Shown: positions 1-9,274, counted from the first letter of the stretch. The stretch: 32,000 nucleotides of DNA from Clostridiales bacterium (GCA_017577285.1 PITV01000001.1:29857-61856), one strand, 5' to 3'. A program made the numbers and translations. Notes: generated by a model not told the origin, from the letters alone.

Positions 1-2444
1 CCTTCGGTCTGGATGTCAAACGTGTGATCAAGGCCCGGAGCGTTGAAGCGCCGAGATATGAGAACAAGATCAGGAACCTGGCGTCCGATATCGGCCAGTG
101 GCTGAAGGACGGCATTCAGGTGATGCTGCTCTGCGGCGGCGAGAGCCGGGCAAAGAGGCTGCAGGAGGCCCTGAGGAGCTGCGACCGGAGCGTGGAGATC
201 GCGCAGCCGGGGCAGGTTCTGCCAGAGATCGGCATTTATCCCTTCACGCTATCCGGCGGATTTCAGACGGATAAGCTGTGCGTGATCACCGAGAGCGACA
301 TTTTCGGCAGCGAGCACAAGAAGACCCGTTACCGCCGCACCGCCGGCGAAAAGATCGACGCCTTCACCGATCTGAAGGTGGGCGACTACGTGGTGCACGA
401 GAGCCACGGCATCGGCGTGTTCATGGGCACCGTACAGCTGAAAACGGACGGTACCTGCCGCGATTATCTGTATATCAAATATCAGGGAACGGACAAGCTC
501 TATATCCCTACCGATCAGTTCGACCGGGTGCAGAAATTCATCGGCTCCCAGGAGACGCCGCCCAAGCTCAACAGTCTGGGCGGCAATGAGTGGGACCGCG
601 CCAAGAGCAGGGTGAAGGCGGGCCTGAAAAAGCTGGCCTTCGATCTGGTGCGCCTGTACGCCCGCAGGGAACAGACGCCCGGCTTCTCCTTCAGCCCCGA
701 TACCCCCTGGCAGACCCAGTTTGAGGATCTGTTCCCCTTTGAACTGACGCCGGATCAGGAAAAGGCTGTGCGGGATATCAAGCGGGACATGGAGAGCGGA
801 CGCAATATGGACCGGCTTCTGTGCGGCGATGTGGGCTACGGCAAGACGGAGGTGGCCATCCGTGCCGCCTTCAAGGCGGTGATGGATTCCAAGCAGGTGA
901 TCTTCCTGGCACCCACCACCATTCTGGCGCAGCAGCATTATCACACGCTGGTGAAGCGCATGCAGGATTTCCCCGTGCGGGTGGAGGTGCTGAGCCGCTT
1001 CCGCAACCGTGCCCAGCAGCAGCAGACACTGAAGCATCTGGAGGAGGGAAAGGTGGATATCGTCGTGGGCACCCACCGTCTCCTCAGCAAGGATGTGAAA
1101 TTCCGCAATCTGGGCCTGCTCATCGTGGATGAGGAGCAGCGCTTCGGCGTGGCCCACAAGGAAAGCATCAAGAATATGAAGGAGCGGGTGGATGTGCTCA
1201 CCCTCTCCGCCACGCCCATTCCCCGCACCCTGCATATGAGCATGGTGGGCGTGCGGGATATGAGCCTGCTGGAGACGCCGCCCGAGGAGCGCTTCCCCGT
1301 GCAGACCTATGTGGTGGAATACAATGACGCCGTCATCCGGGACGCCATCATGCGTGAGATAAACCGGGGCGGGCAGGTGTATTTCCTGTACAACAGGGTG
1401 GCGTCCATCGATCTGTTCGCCTCCCGCCTGCGCGTGCTGGTGCCGCAGGCCCGCATCGTGGTGGGCCACGGACAGATGAAGGAGCAGCAGCTGGAGGATG
1501 TGATGCTGGATTTCTATGACGGCAAGGCGGATGTGCTGCTGTGCTCCACCATCATAGAGAACGGTCTGGATGTGCCCAACGCCAATACCCTCATCGTGTT
1601 TGACGCCGACCGCTTCGGCCTCAGCCAGCTGTATCAGCTGCGGGGGCGCGTGGGACGCTCCAACCGCACGGCGTATGCCTATTTCACCGTGCGCCCCGAT
1701 AAAATGCTTTCTGAACAGGCGCAGAAGAGGCTTTCCGCCATCCGGGAGTTCACGGCCTTCGGCTCCGGCTTCCGCATCGCCATGCGCGATCTGGAGATCC
1801 GCGGCGCGGGCAACATCTTCGGTCCCGAGCAGAGCGGTAATGTGTCCCAGGTGGGCTATGATATGTACTGCAAGCTCATTGAGGAGGCTGTGATCGAGGC
1901 CCGCCTCGGCGAGGGCATCGTGCCCTTCAACGAGGTGAGCCGGGTGGATACCAAGGTGGAGATCAAGATCGACGCCTACCTGCCGGAGACCTATGTGCAG
2001 GGCGAGGTGCAGCGCATGGAGATCTACAAGCGCATCTCCCTGCTGCGCACGAGGGAGGACAGGGAGGACATCCTGGAGGAGCTCATCGACCGTTTCGGCG
2101 ATGTGCCGGAGCCTGTCGTCAACCTGATCGATATCGCCCATCTGAGAGCCCTGTGCGGGGAACTGGGCATCCTGCGGGTCACTCATGTGCCGGGCCTTAT
2201 CACCATGCGCTATGACAAGAACCGGGTGCCGGATGTGAAGCTGCTGTATCAGGCGCTCTACGAGACCGATCAGCGGCTGATGATCGCGGCGTCCAGAGAG
2301 CCCGCCCTGCTGTTCCGCGAGGGCAAGCTGGGAGCGGCGTCCATGCTGAAAAAGAGCGTTCCCGTCATGGAAAAGCTTGTGGCGCGGCTCAGGGAACTGC
2401 AGGAAGCGGCAAAGAACGGTCAGGGGACTGCTGCTGACAACTGA
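1..2444 (+). CDS. mfd: Transcription-repair coupling factor Mfd, 5'-truncated by the window edge (C-terminal ~810 aa present)
   Basis: The frame is open from nt 3 to the TGA at 2442-2444, so the track start at 24 is an internal GTG. It contains the CarD/TRCF RNAP-interaction segment (KVGDYVVHESHGIGVF) and SF2 helicase motifs GDVGYGKTEVA, LIVDEEQRFG, LSATPIPRTL and QLRGRVGRS, followed by a TRCF-type C-terminal region. Confidence 0.93.
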   Translation, partial: FGLDVKRVIKARSVEAPRYENKIRNLASDIGQWLKDGIQVMLLCGGESRAKRLQEALRSCDRSVEIAQPGQVLPEIGIYPFTLSGGFQTDKLCVITESDIFGSEHKKTRYRRTAGEKIDAFTDLKVGDYVVHESHGIGVFMGTVQLKTDGTCRDYLYIKYQGTDKLYIPTDQFDRVQKFIGSQETPPKLNSLGGNEWDRAKSRVKAGLKKLAFDLVRLYARREQTPGFSFSPDTPWQTQFEDLFPFELTPDQEKAVRDIKRDMESGRNMDRLLCGDVGYGKTEVAIRAAFKAVMDSKQVIFLAPTTILAQQHYHTLVKRMQDFPVRVEVLSRFRNRAQQQQTLKHLEEGKVDIVVGTHRLLSKDVKFRNLGLLIVDEEQRFGVAHKESIKNMKERVDVLTLSATPIPRTLHMSMVGVRDMSLLETPPEERFPVQTYVVEYNDAVIRDAIMREINRGGQVYFLYNRVASIDLFASRLRVLVPQARIVVGHGQMKEQQLEDVMLDFYDGKADVLLCSTIIENGLDVPNANTLIVFDADRFGLSQLYQLRGRVGRSNRTAYAYFTVRPDKMLSEQAQKRLSAIREFTAFGSGFRIAMRDLEIRGAGNIFGPEQSGNVSQVGYDMYCKLIEEAVIEARLGEGIVPFNEVSRVDTKVEIKIDAYLPETYVQGEVQRMEIYKRISLLRTREDREDILEELIDRFGDVPEPVVNLIDIAHLRALCGELGILRVTHVPGLITMRYDKNRVPDVKLLYQALYETDQRLMIAASREPALLFREGKLGAASMLKKSVPVMEKLVARLRELQEAAKNGQGTAADN

Positions 2445-2503
2445 CAGGCAGGATCATCATACCGCTGTCACAGATCTGTCTGCTTTTCTGAGGGGGATCG
2501 CAT

Positions 2504-3316
2504 ATGGATATTATCAAAGCGTTTTTCGGATGGAATGACCCGCGCACGCCGGAGCCGTTCTTTTCCTGGCAGCACCTGCTGTATGTGGGCGTTCATCTGC
2601 TCATTGCCTTTTCTCTGGCGGTGATCCTGGGGATCCGGGACAGGAAAAAGGCGGAGGAGGACCGCCGGAAGGTGGTGAAGGCCGCCGCCGTCGCCATGAT
2701 CGTGCTGGAAGCGGTCAAGATCATCCTGATGGAGATCCGCTGCTGTGTGCTGGACGGGGATGCCGGGCATATCCGCAGCATGCTGCCCCTGTGGCTCTGT
2801 TCCACCCAGCTCATCATGATCCCGGTCGCTGCCTTCAACAGGGGGCGCATCGGCAAAGCCGCGGCGGATTTCGTGGCGGTCTTCGGGCTGGTGGGCTGCG
2901 TCGGCGGAACCGTGCTGGCAAGCAATTATTTCGGGCAGATGCCTGTCCTGCGCTTTGAGATTGTGGACAGTGTTGCCACCCACAGCATTTCCGGTTTCTG
3001 TGCCCTGTATCTGCTCATCACCGGGGGATCGGAACTGAAACTGAAGAATACGCCTCTCGTTGCCCTGTATCTGGCCGTCTTTATGGGCCTGTCCCTGCTG
3101 GCCAACGCCTGGAACGCGGACAGCGGCTATCAGGCGAACTACATGTTCCTGCAGAATGACGGCGGAACGCCCTTCTTCCTCTGCACCATGGCGGCAGGCG
3201 GAAGCCAGACGCTGTACACCGTCTTTGCCATCCTGCTGCACTACCTGTGCCTGGCGGCGTATATGGGCGTGGTGATGCTGATACGGAAGACGCGCGGAAA
3301 GAATGTGTCCGGCTGA
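2504..3316 (+). CDS. Polytopic integral membrane protein, family uncertain (resembles YwaF/TIGR02206-type proteins)
   Basis: A 270-aa ORF with GAGGGGG about 6 nt upstream of the ATG. It has several hydrophobic helices (LLYVGVHLLIAFSLAVILGI, AAAVAMIVLEAVKIILM, LVALYLAVFMGLSLLA, LYTVFAILLHYLCLAAYMGVVML). GC3-rich codon usage matches its neighbours. The family assignment is from memory only. Confidence 0.6.
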   Translation: MDIIKAFFGWNDPRTPEPFFSWQHLLYVGVHLLIAFSLAVILGIRDRKKAEEDRRKVVKAAAVAMIVLEAVKIILMEIRCCVLDGDAGHIRSMLPLWLCSTQLIMIPVAAFNRGRIGKAAADFVAVFGLVGCVGGTVLASNYFGQMPVLRFEIVDSVATHSISGFCALYLLITGGSELKLKNTPLVALYLAVFMGLSLLANAWNADSGYQANYMFLQNDGGTPFFLCTMAAGGSQTLYTVFAILLHYLCLAAYMGVVMLIRKTRGKNVSG

Positions 3317-3326
3317 AAATGACATA

Positions 3327-3366
3327 CAAAAACTTCCCTCCGTTTTGCGGCAGGGAAGTTTTTTAT
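3327..3366. terminator. Bidirectional intrinsic terminator between convergent genes
   Basis: Perfect 9-bp stem AACTTCCCT (3331-3339) / AGGGAAGTT (3352-3360). It is flanked by an A-run on the left and TTTTT (3361-3365) on the right. It sits between the stop codons of the + gene (3316) and the - gene (3395). Confidence 0.65.
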
Positions 3367-3394
3367 ACATAGACCGGCGGTCACCGGATCCGGA

Positions 3395-6300
3395 TCAGAT
3401 CAGACGGATATCGATCGATGCCGCTTCTTCGTTTCTGATCCTTACGGCATCCTTTCCGGTCACGGCACCGGCACAGACGGAGGTCTCACCGTTTTTCCAT
3501 GTGATGCGGATCTCATCCGCGGTATATGCACCCGGATAGTACGCTTTGCCCGGCTTGACATGATAAACGATCGTCGTGCTTCCGAACAGGGCGGCTTTGA
3601 CCGTATCGCGTCCCTTTGTCAGGCACGCCGGCAGCACCGGCGCGGGGCGGAAGGCGAGGATGCCGTTTTCCATGGTGAACAGCTGTTTTCCGTGGAACAT
3701 GATCTGCCACATGGAGAGGAATTCCGCTGTGGAGCCGCTGAGGCGGGCCACGAAGCCCTTTCCGTGAATGACTTCATCGGGGTTGGCGGAGGAGGCGATG
3801 AAGGAGGAATTCTCCAGCAGGCTGCGGCCGTAGACCTCTTCATCCAGGAAGGGCACCAGCATGTTTTCCATGTCATGGCTGAAGCGTTCATACAGCCCGC
3901 CCCGCAGCTCCTCCAGCAGATACTTGTATTCCATGTGCAGCCACACGCTCTCATTCTCCAGCCAGCCGGGGGTGAAGGCGTGGGCGCGGCCGATCTCGAA
4001 GGAAGCGGAGGCCAGATCGGCGTTCACCTTGTACATGCCCAGCTTTTTGTCAAAGAGGGGGCTCGCCTTTACGGCGGCGGCCAGCTGCTCCCGGTCCGCG
4101 TCCTTCATGGGGAGACGCATGCAGCGCACCTGCCCCTCCAGAAAATCGGGCATGGGGATGCGTTTTGCCGCGGCGGGATGGATGCCGTTTTCATCCTTTG
4201 TGTAATCTGTCACTTCATAGGCGAAATAGGTGGGGAAGAGGTCGCCGTTCTCTTTACGGGCATCCTCCAGCGCGTTTTCCGCGCTGTTCAGCCATACGGT
4301 GAGCATCCGGACGGCTTCTTCCGCGGAAACTGTTTTCTTTCTGCCGGAAACGGTGATCCTGATCTTTTCCCGGTATGCCTCTCTCGCGGCGGTCAGTTCC
4401 TGCCAGCGGGCGAAGGCGTCTTTATCGCTGCCGAGGATATCCGCTGTCTTTTTCGCCAGCTCGTATACTTCCGCCATGATCTCAACGGCTTTTCCGGAAA
4501 CGGTCAGCTTCTCCCGCAGGAATCGGATGAGGCGGCACAGTTCGGCGGTCTCCGCCACGGAGGAGCCCATCAGGCCGGGCAGTCCGTTCAGGGCGTCATA
4601 CCAGCCGGGCTTTCCGCCCTCCATCTCGATGCCGGTGCCGCCCATATCAAAGGTGGCGGCCTTCACGGCGGCGAGAGAGAAGAGCTTTTCCGTCAGGGTG
4701 GCGGTCATGAGGTTTCCGCCGGCGTCTCTCAGCTGTGTTCCGGGCACCTCGCTGTTCTCCAGGAAGGCGTACTGGCGTATGCCGCGGTCCGTTTCCCTGT
4801 AGCGCTTCGCCGCGGGCAGGATGCTCATGCCGCTGCTGTACCAGGTGTAGGTATCATCCTTATAGAGCAGTTCCTCCTCTTTATCGGGAAAAATGCTCAG
4901 ATAGCTTTCGATCTGATCCAGATCATAGGTCCAGTGATCGGTCCAGTAGCCCTCGCCGAAGGTGGCGCTGACGGTCTGAACGCTGTTTTCCAGCACCTTC
5001 GCGAACAGCTCCTCCTCGCAGATGTCCTTTTCATCCCAGTCCTCTATGGCCATGCGCAGCTCACCGGGGGTGAAAGCGGAGGAGAGCAGCTTTTCCGCGG
5101 CCGCCCTGTCTTTTTCGCAGATCAGTTCCAGTATGCCGTTCAGGGCGTCTTTATTCAGCACAAAGGCGATGCATTCCACCACCAGGGGATTGTAGCCGTC
5201 CGCCTGAAGCAGATCAAAGAAGAAATGGATATTCCTGTCGCCGGTTTCCGGGTCGAACATCACATCGCAGCGGCGGTTCTGGTTCACATCCCGGAAATTG
5301 CCGTTGCCCTGGCTGTAGTATTCTGCCCTCACCCGGAAGGCGTTGTAATCCCGCTCGGGGTCGCCGTGCTTGCGGGAGTAGAGATAGGTCATCTTTCCGC
5401 CGGGCAGGGGACAGGGAACACCGCCCCGCAGCAGATTGTCCAGATAGGTCTGGCGGCTGTAGGCGTCAAATACGGGGCTTCCGGTCTCCACCGCCGCGCG
5501 GGATGTCAGTTCATCCGTCAGTGCGGCGGCTTCTCTGAACTTCGCCTCCATGGCCGTGCCGTTCATCAGCCGTCCGCACAGGGCTCTGGCCTTTTCCTTG
5601 CTTTCAGTCTCGCCGATGAGCAGGTAGTGGGTGCGGCTCTCCCCGGGCGCGAGGGTGAAACTGTCCCCGCAGAATACGGCGGGCAGCAGGTTCTGCAGGC
5701 ATTCCTTCTGCCGGATCCATTCCTCCCAGGGCGTTCCCGCGAAACAGGCGGGCAGCTGCATGTCGCTGCGGCATCCGAAAATATGCCGCGGATCGGCGAA
5801 GAAGGGGAGGGATGTTCCGTCCGGCAGGCAGGCGGCGGCGTAGCGGGCTCCGGAGACCTCGCTCATCTCGCTGCTGTCCGCCATGGAGGAGCGGGCACGG
5901 AAGAACATGACGGGGGAGTCCGTATCCTCCGCCTGCATCCAGGCCTTGGCGGTCTGGGTCATCTCCTTGATGGAATGCAGATCCATGCCGTAGGGGATCA
6001 GCTCCGGCGCGCCGTCCAGCATGTCGATCCTGACGGTTTCCGCGCCTGTATTGGTGACGGTCACCTTCCGCATCAGTCCTGCCAGGCGCTCTCCGGGCAG
6101 GACGGTATATGACACACCGGTCTGTATGCCGTTTTCCGTATCCGTGTACATGACCGACATCCCGTTCATGTCACAGGTCATGCTGTGGGGCATGTCCGGA
6201 TCGGCAAAGGCCTCCGAGCAGATGCCGTTCACCTTTATGAAGGTGCGGAAGCCCGTGGTCTTCGTGTTCCTGTAAGCCTGATGCGCGGGGTAGAACTCCA

Positions 6301-6472
6301 TGATGGCGCCGGCCTTCCCGTCCGTGCCGAAGGAGCAGATGCCCTGCCCCCGGTTGACATAGAAGCACCACATGGGGATGCCTGTCTTGCCGGCGATGCC
6401 CGGTAGGAAGGAGCAGAAGGGCTCCTTTTTCATATAATTTTCGATCACGAAACTGTTGCCTTTTACGGGCAT
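3395..6472 (-). CDS. Large cytoplasmic glycoside phosphorylase/hydrolase-like protein (GH94-clan-like (alpha/alpha)6 enzyme, family unresolved)
   Basis: A 1025-aa ORF with AGGAGG (plus coordinates 6479-6484) 6 nt upstream of the ATG and no signal peptide. NFRDVNQNRR and GKPGWYDALNGLPG resemble the RDxxQD and DWNDxLN (catalytic Asp) motifs of GH94-type phosphorylases. The function call rests on motif memory only. Confidence 0.6.
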   Translation of the reverse strand: MPVKGNSFVIENYMKKEPFCSFLPGIAGKTGIPMWCFYVNRGQGICSFGTDGKAGAIMEFYPAHQAYRNTKTTGFRTFIKVNGICSEAFADPDMPHSMTCDMNGMSVMYTDTENGIQTGVSYTVLPGERLAGLMRKVTVTNTGAETVRIDMLDGAPELIPYGMDLHSIKEMTQTAKAWMQAEDTDSPVMFFRARSSMADSSEMSEVSGARYAAACLPDGTSLPFFADPRHIFGCRSDMQLPACFAGTPWEEWIRQKECLQNLLPAVFCGDSFTLAPGESRTHYLLIGETESKEKARALCGRLMNGTAMEAKFREAAALTDELTSRAAVETGSPVFDAYSRQTYLDNLLRGGVPCPLPGGKMTYLYSRKHGDPERDYNAFRVRAEYYSQGNGNFRDVNQNRRCDVMFDPETGDRNIHFFFDLLQADGYNPLVVECIAFVLNKDALNGILELICEKDRAAAEKLLSSAFTPGELRMAIEDWDEKDICEEELFAKVLENSVQTVSATFGEGYWTDHWTYDLDQIESYLSIFPDKEEELLYKDDTYTWYSSGMSILPAAKRYRETDRGIRQYAFLENSEVPGTQLRDAGGNLMTATLTEKLFSLAAVKAATFDMGGTGIEMEGGKPGWYDALNGLPGLMGSSVAETAELCRLIRFLREKLTVSGKAVEIMAEVYELAKKTADILGSDKDAFARWQELTAAREAYREKIRITVSGRKKTVSAEEAVRMLTVWLNSAENALEDARKENGDLFPTYFAYEVTDYTKDENGIHPAAAKRIPMPDFLEGQVRCMRLPMKDADREQLAAAVKASPLFDKKLGMYKVNADLASASFEIGRAHAFTPGWLENESVWLHMEYKYLLEELRGGLYERFSHDMENMLVPFLDEEVYGRSLLENSSFIASSANPDEVIHGKGFVARLSGSTAEFLSMWQIMFHGKQLFTMENGILAFRPAPVLPACLTKGRDTVKAALFGSTTIVYHVKPGKAYYPGAYTADEIRITWKNGETSVCAGAVTGKDAVRIRNEEAASIDIRLI

Positions 6473-6519
6473 AAGCTGCCTCCTGTATGATCCGCGCGGA
6501 ATTTCTTTATAACGTGTTC

Positions 6520-6548
6520 ATTATAATGGAAACCGGCTCCGAATTCAA
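6520..6548 (-). promoter_or_regulatory. Candidate sigma-A promoter for the GH94-like gene
   Basis: On the minus strand there is TTGAAT (6548-6543), a 17-nt spacer, and TATAAT (6525-6520). The -10 lies within the palindrome CATTATAATG, about 45 nt upstream of the start codon. Confidence 0.35.
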
Positions 6549-6676
6549 GACGGATGATCGGCCAAAGGGAAAACGCCCCGCCGGTTTGCTTTTTGCCGTG
6601 ATGGTATATATAATGACAGGAAACGGCGCTTCCCGGACTGCCGGAACGCTGTTTCTGAAATTTTTCTGCAAAATGC

Positions 6677-6702
6677 TGTAACGAAATCTGAAATACTGCG
6701 TC
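6677..6702 (+). promoter_or_regulatory. ECF-type (autoregulatory) promoter TGTAAC-N16-CGTC
   Basis: TGTAAC (6677-6682), a 16-nt spacer, then CGTC (6699-6702, extended CGTCTAA), 37 nt upstream of the sigma-factor start. An 'AAC' -35 with a 'CGT' -10 is the hallmark of ECF promoters, which typically precede their own sigma gene. Confidence 0.5.
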
Positions 6703-6738
6703 TAATCTGTGGATCGGCCGGGAAGGAGGTGATGGCGT

Positions 6739-7218
6739 GTGGACAGGGAACTGAGCGAAAAGCTGTACGAGACGTACTACATGCGGGTGTATTCCTATGT
6801 GATGACCCTGTGCGGCAACCGGGAGCAGGCGGAAGAGATCACCCAGGAGACTTTTTTCCGGGCGATGAATTCCGGAAAGAGATTTGAGAAGCGCTCCGAG
6901 GAATCCACCTGGCTGTGCGCCATCGCGAAAAACCTTTTTACCGATGAGATGAGACGGCGCCGCAGGAGTGACCCTCTGCCGGAGGATGACACCATCCCCT
7001 CGGAGGAGGATATCGAAGGCGCCGCGGTAAACGCGGATCAGACCCTCCGTATCCACATGATCCTCCACACGCTGGAGGAGCCCTTCCGGGAAGTGTTTGA
7101 ACTGAGGGTGTTCGGCGAACTGTCCTTCCGTGATATCGGTACCGTATTCGGAAAGACGGAAAACTGGGCACGCGTTACATTCCATCGCGCCCGTCAGAAG
7201 ATCCGGGAAAGGATGTGA
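6739..7218 (+). CDS. ECF-family RNA polymerase sigma-70 factor
   Basis: A 159-aa ORF with a GTG start 9 nt after GGAAGGAGG (6721-6729). It has a region-2-like segment (YSYVMTLCGNREQAEEITQETFFRAM) and a region-4 HTH (LSFRDIGTVFGKTENWARVTFHRARQKIRE). Confidence 0.9.
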   Translation: MDRELSEKLYETYYMRVYSYVMTLCGNREQAEEITQETFFRAMNSGKRFEKRSEESTWLCAIAKNLFTDEMRRRRRSDPLPEDDTIPSEEDIEGAAVNADQTLRIHMILHTLEEPFREVFELRVFGELSFRDIGTVFGKTENWARVTFHRARQKIRERM

Positions 7219-7223
7219 TCTGA

Positions 7224-8189
7224 GTGAAAATGAATTGTGATATCATACAGGATCTGCTTCCTCTGTATCAGGATGATGTATGTTCTCCCACTACAAAAGC
7301 GGCGGTGGAGGAGCATCTGAATGAATGCGCGGACTGCAGAAAACTGCTTACTGAAATGAGCGGCGCCGGGCCGGAGGAGGAACTGCTGGCCGAAAGGCAG
7401 CAGGTGCTGCAGAAGCAGTCCGGCTATTTCAAGCGCAAGGGGATCACCGCTGGCATGATCCTGGCGGGGATCCTGATGATCCCTGTACTGGTGTGCCTCA
7501 TCGTGAACATTGCCACCGGCAGCGGCCTCGGCTGGTTCTTCATCGTGCTGGCCTCGCTGATGGTAGTGGCATCCGTCTCTCTGGTGCCCGTGCTGGCGCC
7601 GGAGCATAAGCGCCTGTGGACGCTGGGCGCGTTTACCGCCTGTACACTGCTTCTGCTGCTCATCATCTGTCTGTACACCGGGGGGAACTGGTTCTTTGTC
7701 CCGGCGTCGGCGTTCCTGTTCGGCATGGCGCTGATCTTCCTGCCCTTTGTGGTGCGGAATAAGGATGTGAGCGCCTTCCTCGGCAGGTTCAGGGTGATCG
7801 CGGTGGCCGGCGCGGATATCCTGCTGTTCATCCTGATGATGCTGTGCATCGGCGCCGGGCGCGGATCCGGCTTCTTCCGCACCGCGGGAGGCATCTGTCT
7901 TCCCGTCCTGCTGACCGTTATCCTGATGACATGGCTGCTTGGATATGTTTCTAAGAATGCCATGACCCGCCGGGGCTTCGTGCTGATGCTGGCGGGGGCG
8001 CTGTACTGCTTTACCCTGTCCTTCATCCAGATGTTTTACGGAAACGGATTCGTACTGCCGGGATTCACGCCCTTCAGATGGGATATGGTGACCACCGGTG
8101 ACAATCTGCGCTGGCTGGCGCTGGCGGCGGGGCTGATCGCCGGCACCCTGATGGTCATCCGCGGAAAAATGAAAGAAAAGAGGAACTGA
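7224..8189 (+). CDS. Anti-sigma factor with N-terminal zf-HC2 domain and about 8 transmembrane helices
   Basis: It starts 5 nt after the sigma-gene stop. The N-terminus CDIIQDLLPLYQDDVCSPTTKAAVEEHLNECADCRKLL fits the H-x3-C-x2-C zinc-finger anti-sigma signature. I count about 8 hydrophobic helices in the remainder. An alternative start is the ATG at 7230. Confidence 0.8.
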   Translation: MKMNCDIIQDLLPLYQDDVCSPTTKAAVEEHLNECADCRKLLTEMSGAGPEEELLAERQQVLQKQSGYFKRKGITAGMILAGILMIPVLVCLIVNIATGSGLGWFFIVLASLMVVASVSLVPVLAPEHKRLWTLGAFTACTLLLLLIICLYTGGNWFFVPASAFLFGMALIFLPFVVRNKDVSAFLGRFRVIAVAGADILLFILMMLCIGAGRGSGFFRTAGGICLPVLLTVILMTWLLGYVSKNAMTRRGFVLMLAGALYCFTLSFIQMFYGNGFVLPGFTPFRWDMVTTGDNLRWLALAAGLIAGTLMVIRGKMKEKRN

Positions 8190-8192
8190 TAT

Positions 8193-9233
8193 ATGAAAAG
8201 GATTGCTTTGATCTCCCTGACCGCTCTGCTGTGCGCCGTGCTCATCCTGTCTTTGTGCGCCTGCGGCATGGGGAGCGTATATGAGAATGCCGGTCAGTAT
8301 TCCACCGGAAACGCAACCCTGACAGACAGCATCGAAAGTCTGGATATCGACTGGCAGGGCGGAAAGGTGACGCTCGCGTATCACGAAAGCCCGGACATCG
8401 AAATATCCGAACAGAGCAGCTCCGCTCTGACCGATGAGATCCGCATGCACTGGCTGGTGGACGGAGGAACTCTGCGGATCCGTTTCACCGCGTCCGGTCA
8501 GATGATCACCGGCATCCTGAAAAAGGATCTGACTGTCACCCTGCCCGCAGGCACGGTGCTGAACACGCTGAAAGTAGATGTTACAAGTGCAGATGTACAG
8601 ATCCCTGATACAGCGGCGGAGACAGTGGTGATCGGCACTACCTCGGGTAATGTGGATGCTGTACTGACCGCGGGGAATGCGGAGATAAGCAGCACCTCCG
8701 GCGATCTTTCCGTGACGGTCACGGCGCGGGAGCGTGTAAAACTGGATACCACCTCCGGCGGTATCTCCGGCACGGCCGGGGCAAAGGAGATCACCGCTGT
8801 GTCCACCTCCGGCGCGATCCTCCTGACACAGACGGGTGCTGCGGACAGCACGAAAATCGAGACCACCTCCGGCCGTATCGATCTGATCTGTGACACGGTC
8901 GGCACCCTGAGGATCAGTTCCACCTCCGGCGCGAAGACAGTGAGCGCTGTAAAGGTACAGAAGGCGGATATCTCCGGCACCAGCGGAAAGAGCAGCTTCA
9001 CCGCTGAAAACGCTCCCGAAAGGCTCATTATCAGCAGCACCTCCGGCGATATCAATGTCAATATTCCCGCGGATGCTTCGTTTACACTGAGCGTCGATCA
9101 GACCAGCGGAGACTTCTTCTATGAAGATCTCGCCCTGAAGAAGCAGGGCGGCAAATACATAGCCGGCGCCGGCACCGCCTCCTTTGAACTGGACAGCACC
9201 TCCGGTGATATCCGCATCGGGACCGTGAGGTAA
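8193..9233 (+). CDS. DUF4097-type beta-strand-repeat lipoprotein ('putative adhesin' fold)
   Basis: It starts 3 nt after the anti-sigma stop, with AAGAGGAA 8 nt upstream. It has a signal peptide and a lipobox-like LSLCAC|G. At least 9 repeats of a T/S-TSG-x-I/V rung are spaced about 19 aa apart (TSGNVD, TSGDLS, TSGGIS, TSGAIL, TSGRID, TSGAKT, TSGDIN, TSGDFF, TSGDIR). Confidence 0.8.
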   Translation: MKRIALISLTALLCAVLILSLCACGMGSVYENAGQYSTGNATLTDSIESLDIDWQGGKVTLAYHESPDIEISEQSSSALTDEIRMHWLVDGGTLRIRFTASGQMITGILKKDLTVTLPAGTVLNTLKVDVTSADVQIPDTAAETVVIGTTSGNVDAVLTAGNAEISSTSGDLSVTVTARERVKLDTTSGGISGTAGAKEITAVSTSGAILLTQTGAADSTKIETTSGRIDLICDTVGTLRISSTSGAKTVSAVKVQKADISGTSGKSSFTAENAPERLIISSTSGDINVNIPADASFTLSVDQTSGDFFYEDLALKKQGGKYIAGAGTASFELDSTSGDIRIGTVR

Positions 9234-9274
9234 AGATGTTGATCTGACAATACAGCCATAATCGCCTGAACTGC

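Noticed and set aside
2445-2503. The palindrome ACAGATCTGT and a loose pairing CAGGCAG...CTGTCTG followed by CTTTTCTG after mfd. I considered it as a possible terminator.
   Set aside because: The stem is interrupted and the loop is long (>20 nt). The next gene starts only ~60 nt downstream with its own RBS, so read-through or an operon is equally likely.
6487-6681. A 64-aa ORF in the divergent promoter region. The small ORFs at 13629-13820 (63 aa, Arg-rich) and 20345-20593 (82 aa) are similar cases.
   Set aside because: None has a Shine-Dalgarno sequence at a sensible distance. Their composition is atypical, and they overlap predicted promoters (20547-20575) or the leader of neighbouring genes. 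I found no recognisable motifs.
8693-9206. A regularly spaced 10-mer, CACCTCCGGC (8693, 8750, 8804, 8864, 8920, 9038; variant at 9197), with ~54-60-nt spacing that superficially resembles a repeat-spacer array.
   Set aside because: The repeat is too short for a CRISPR repeat and lies in-frame inside the DUF4097 gene, where it encodes the recurring (S/T)TSG rung of the beta-helix. This is a protein-level repeat, not a CRISPR array.
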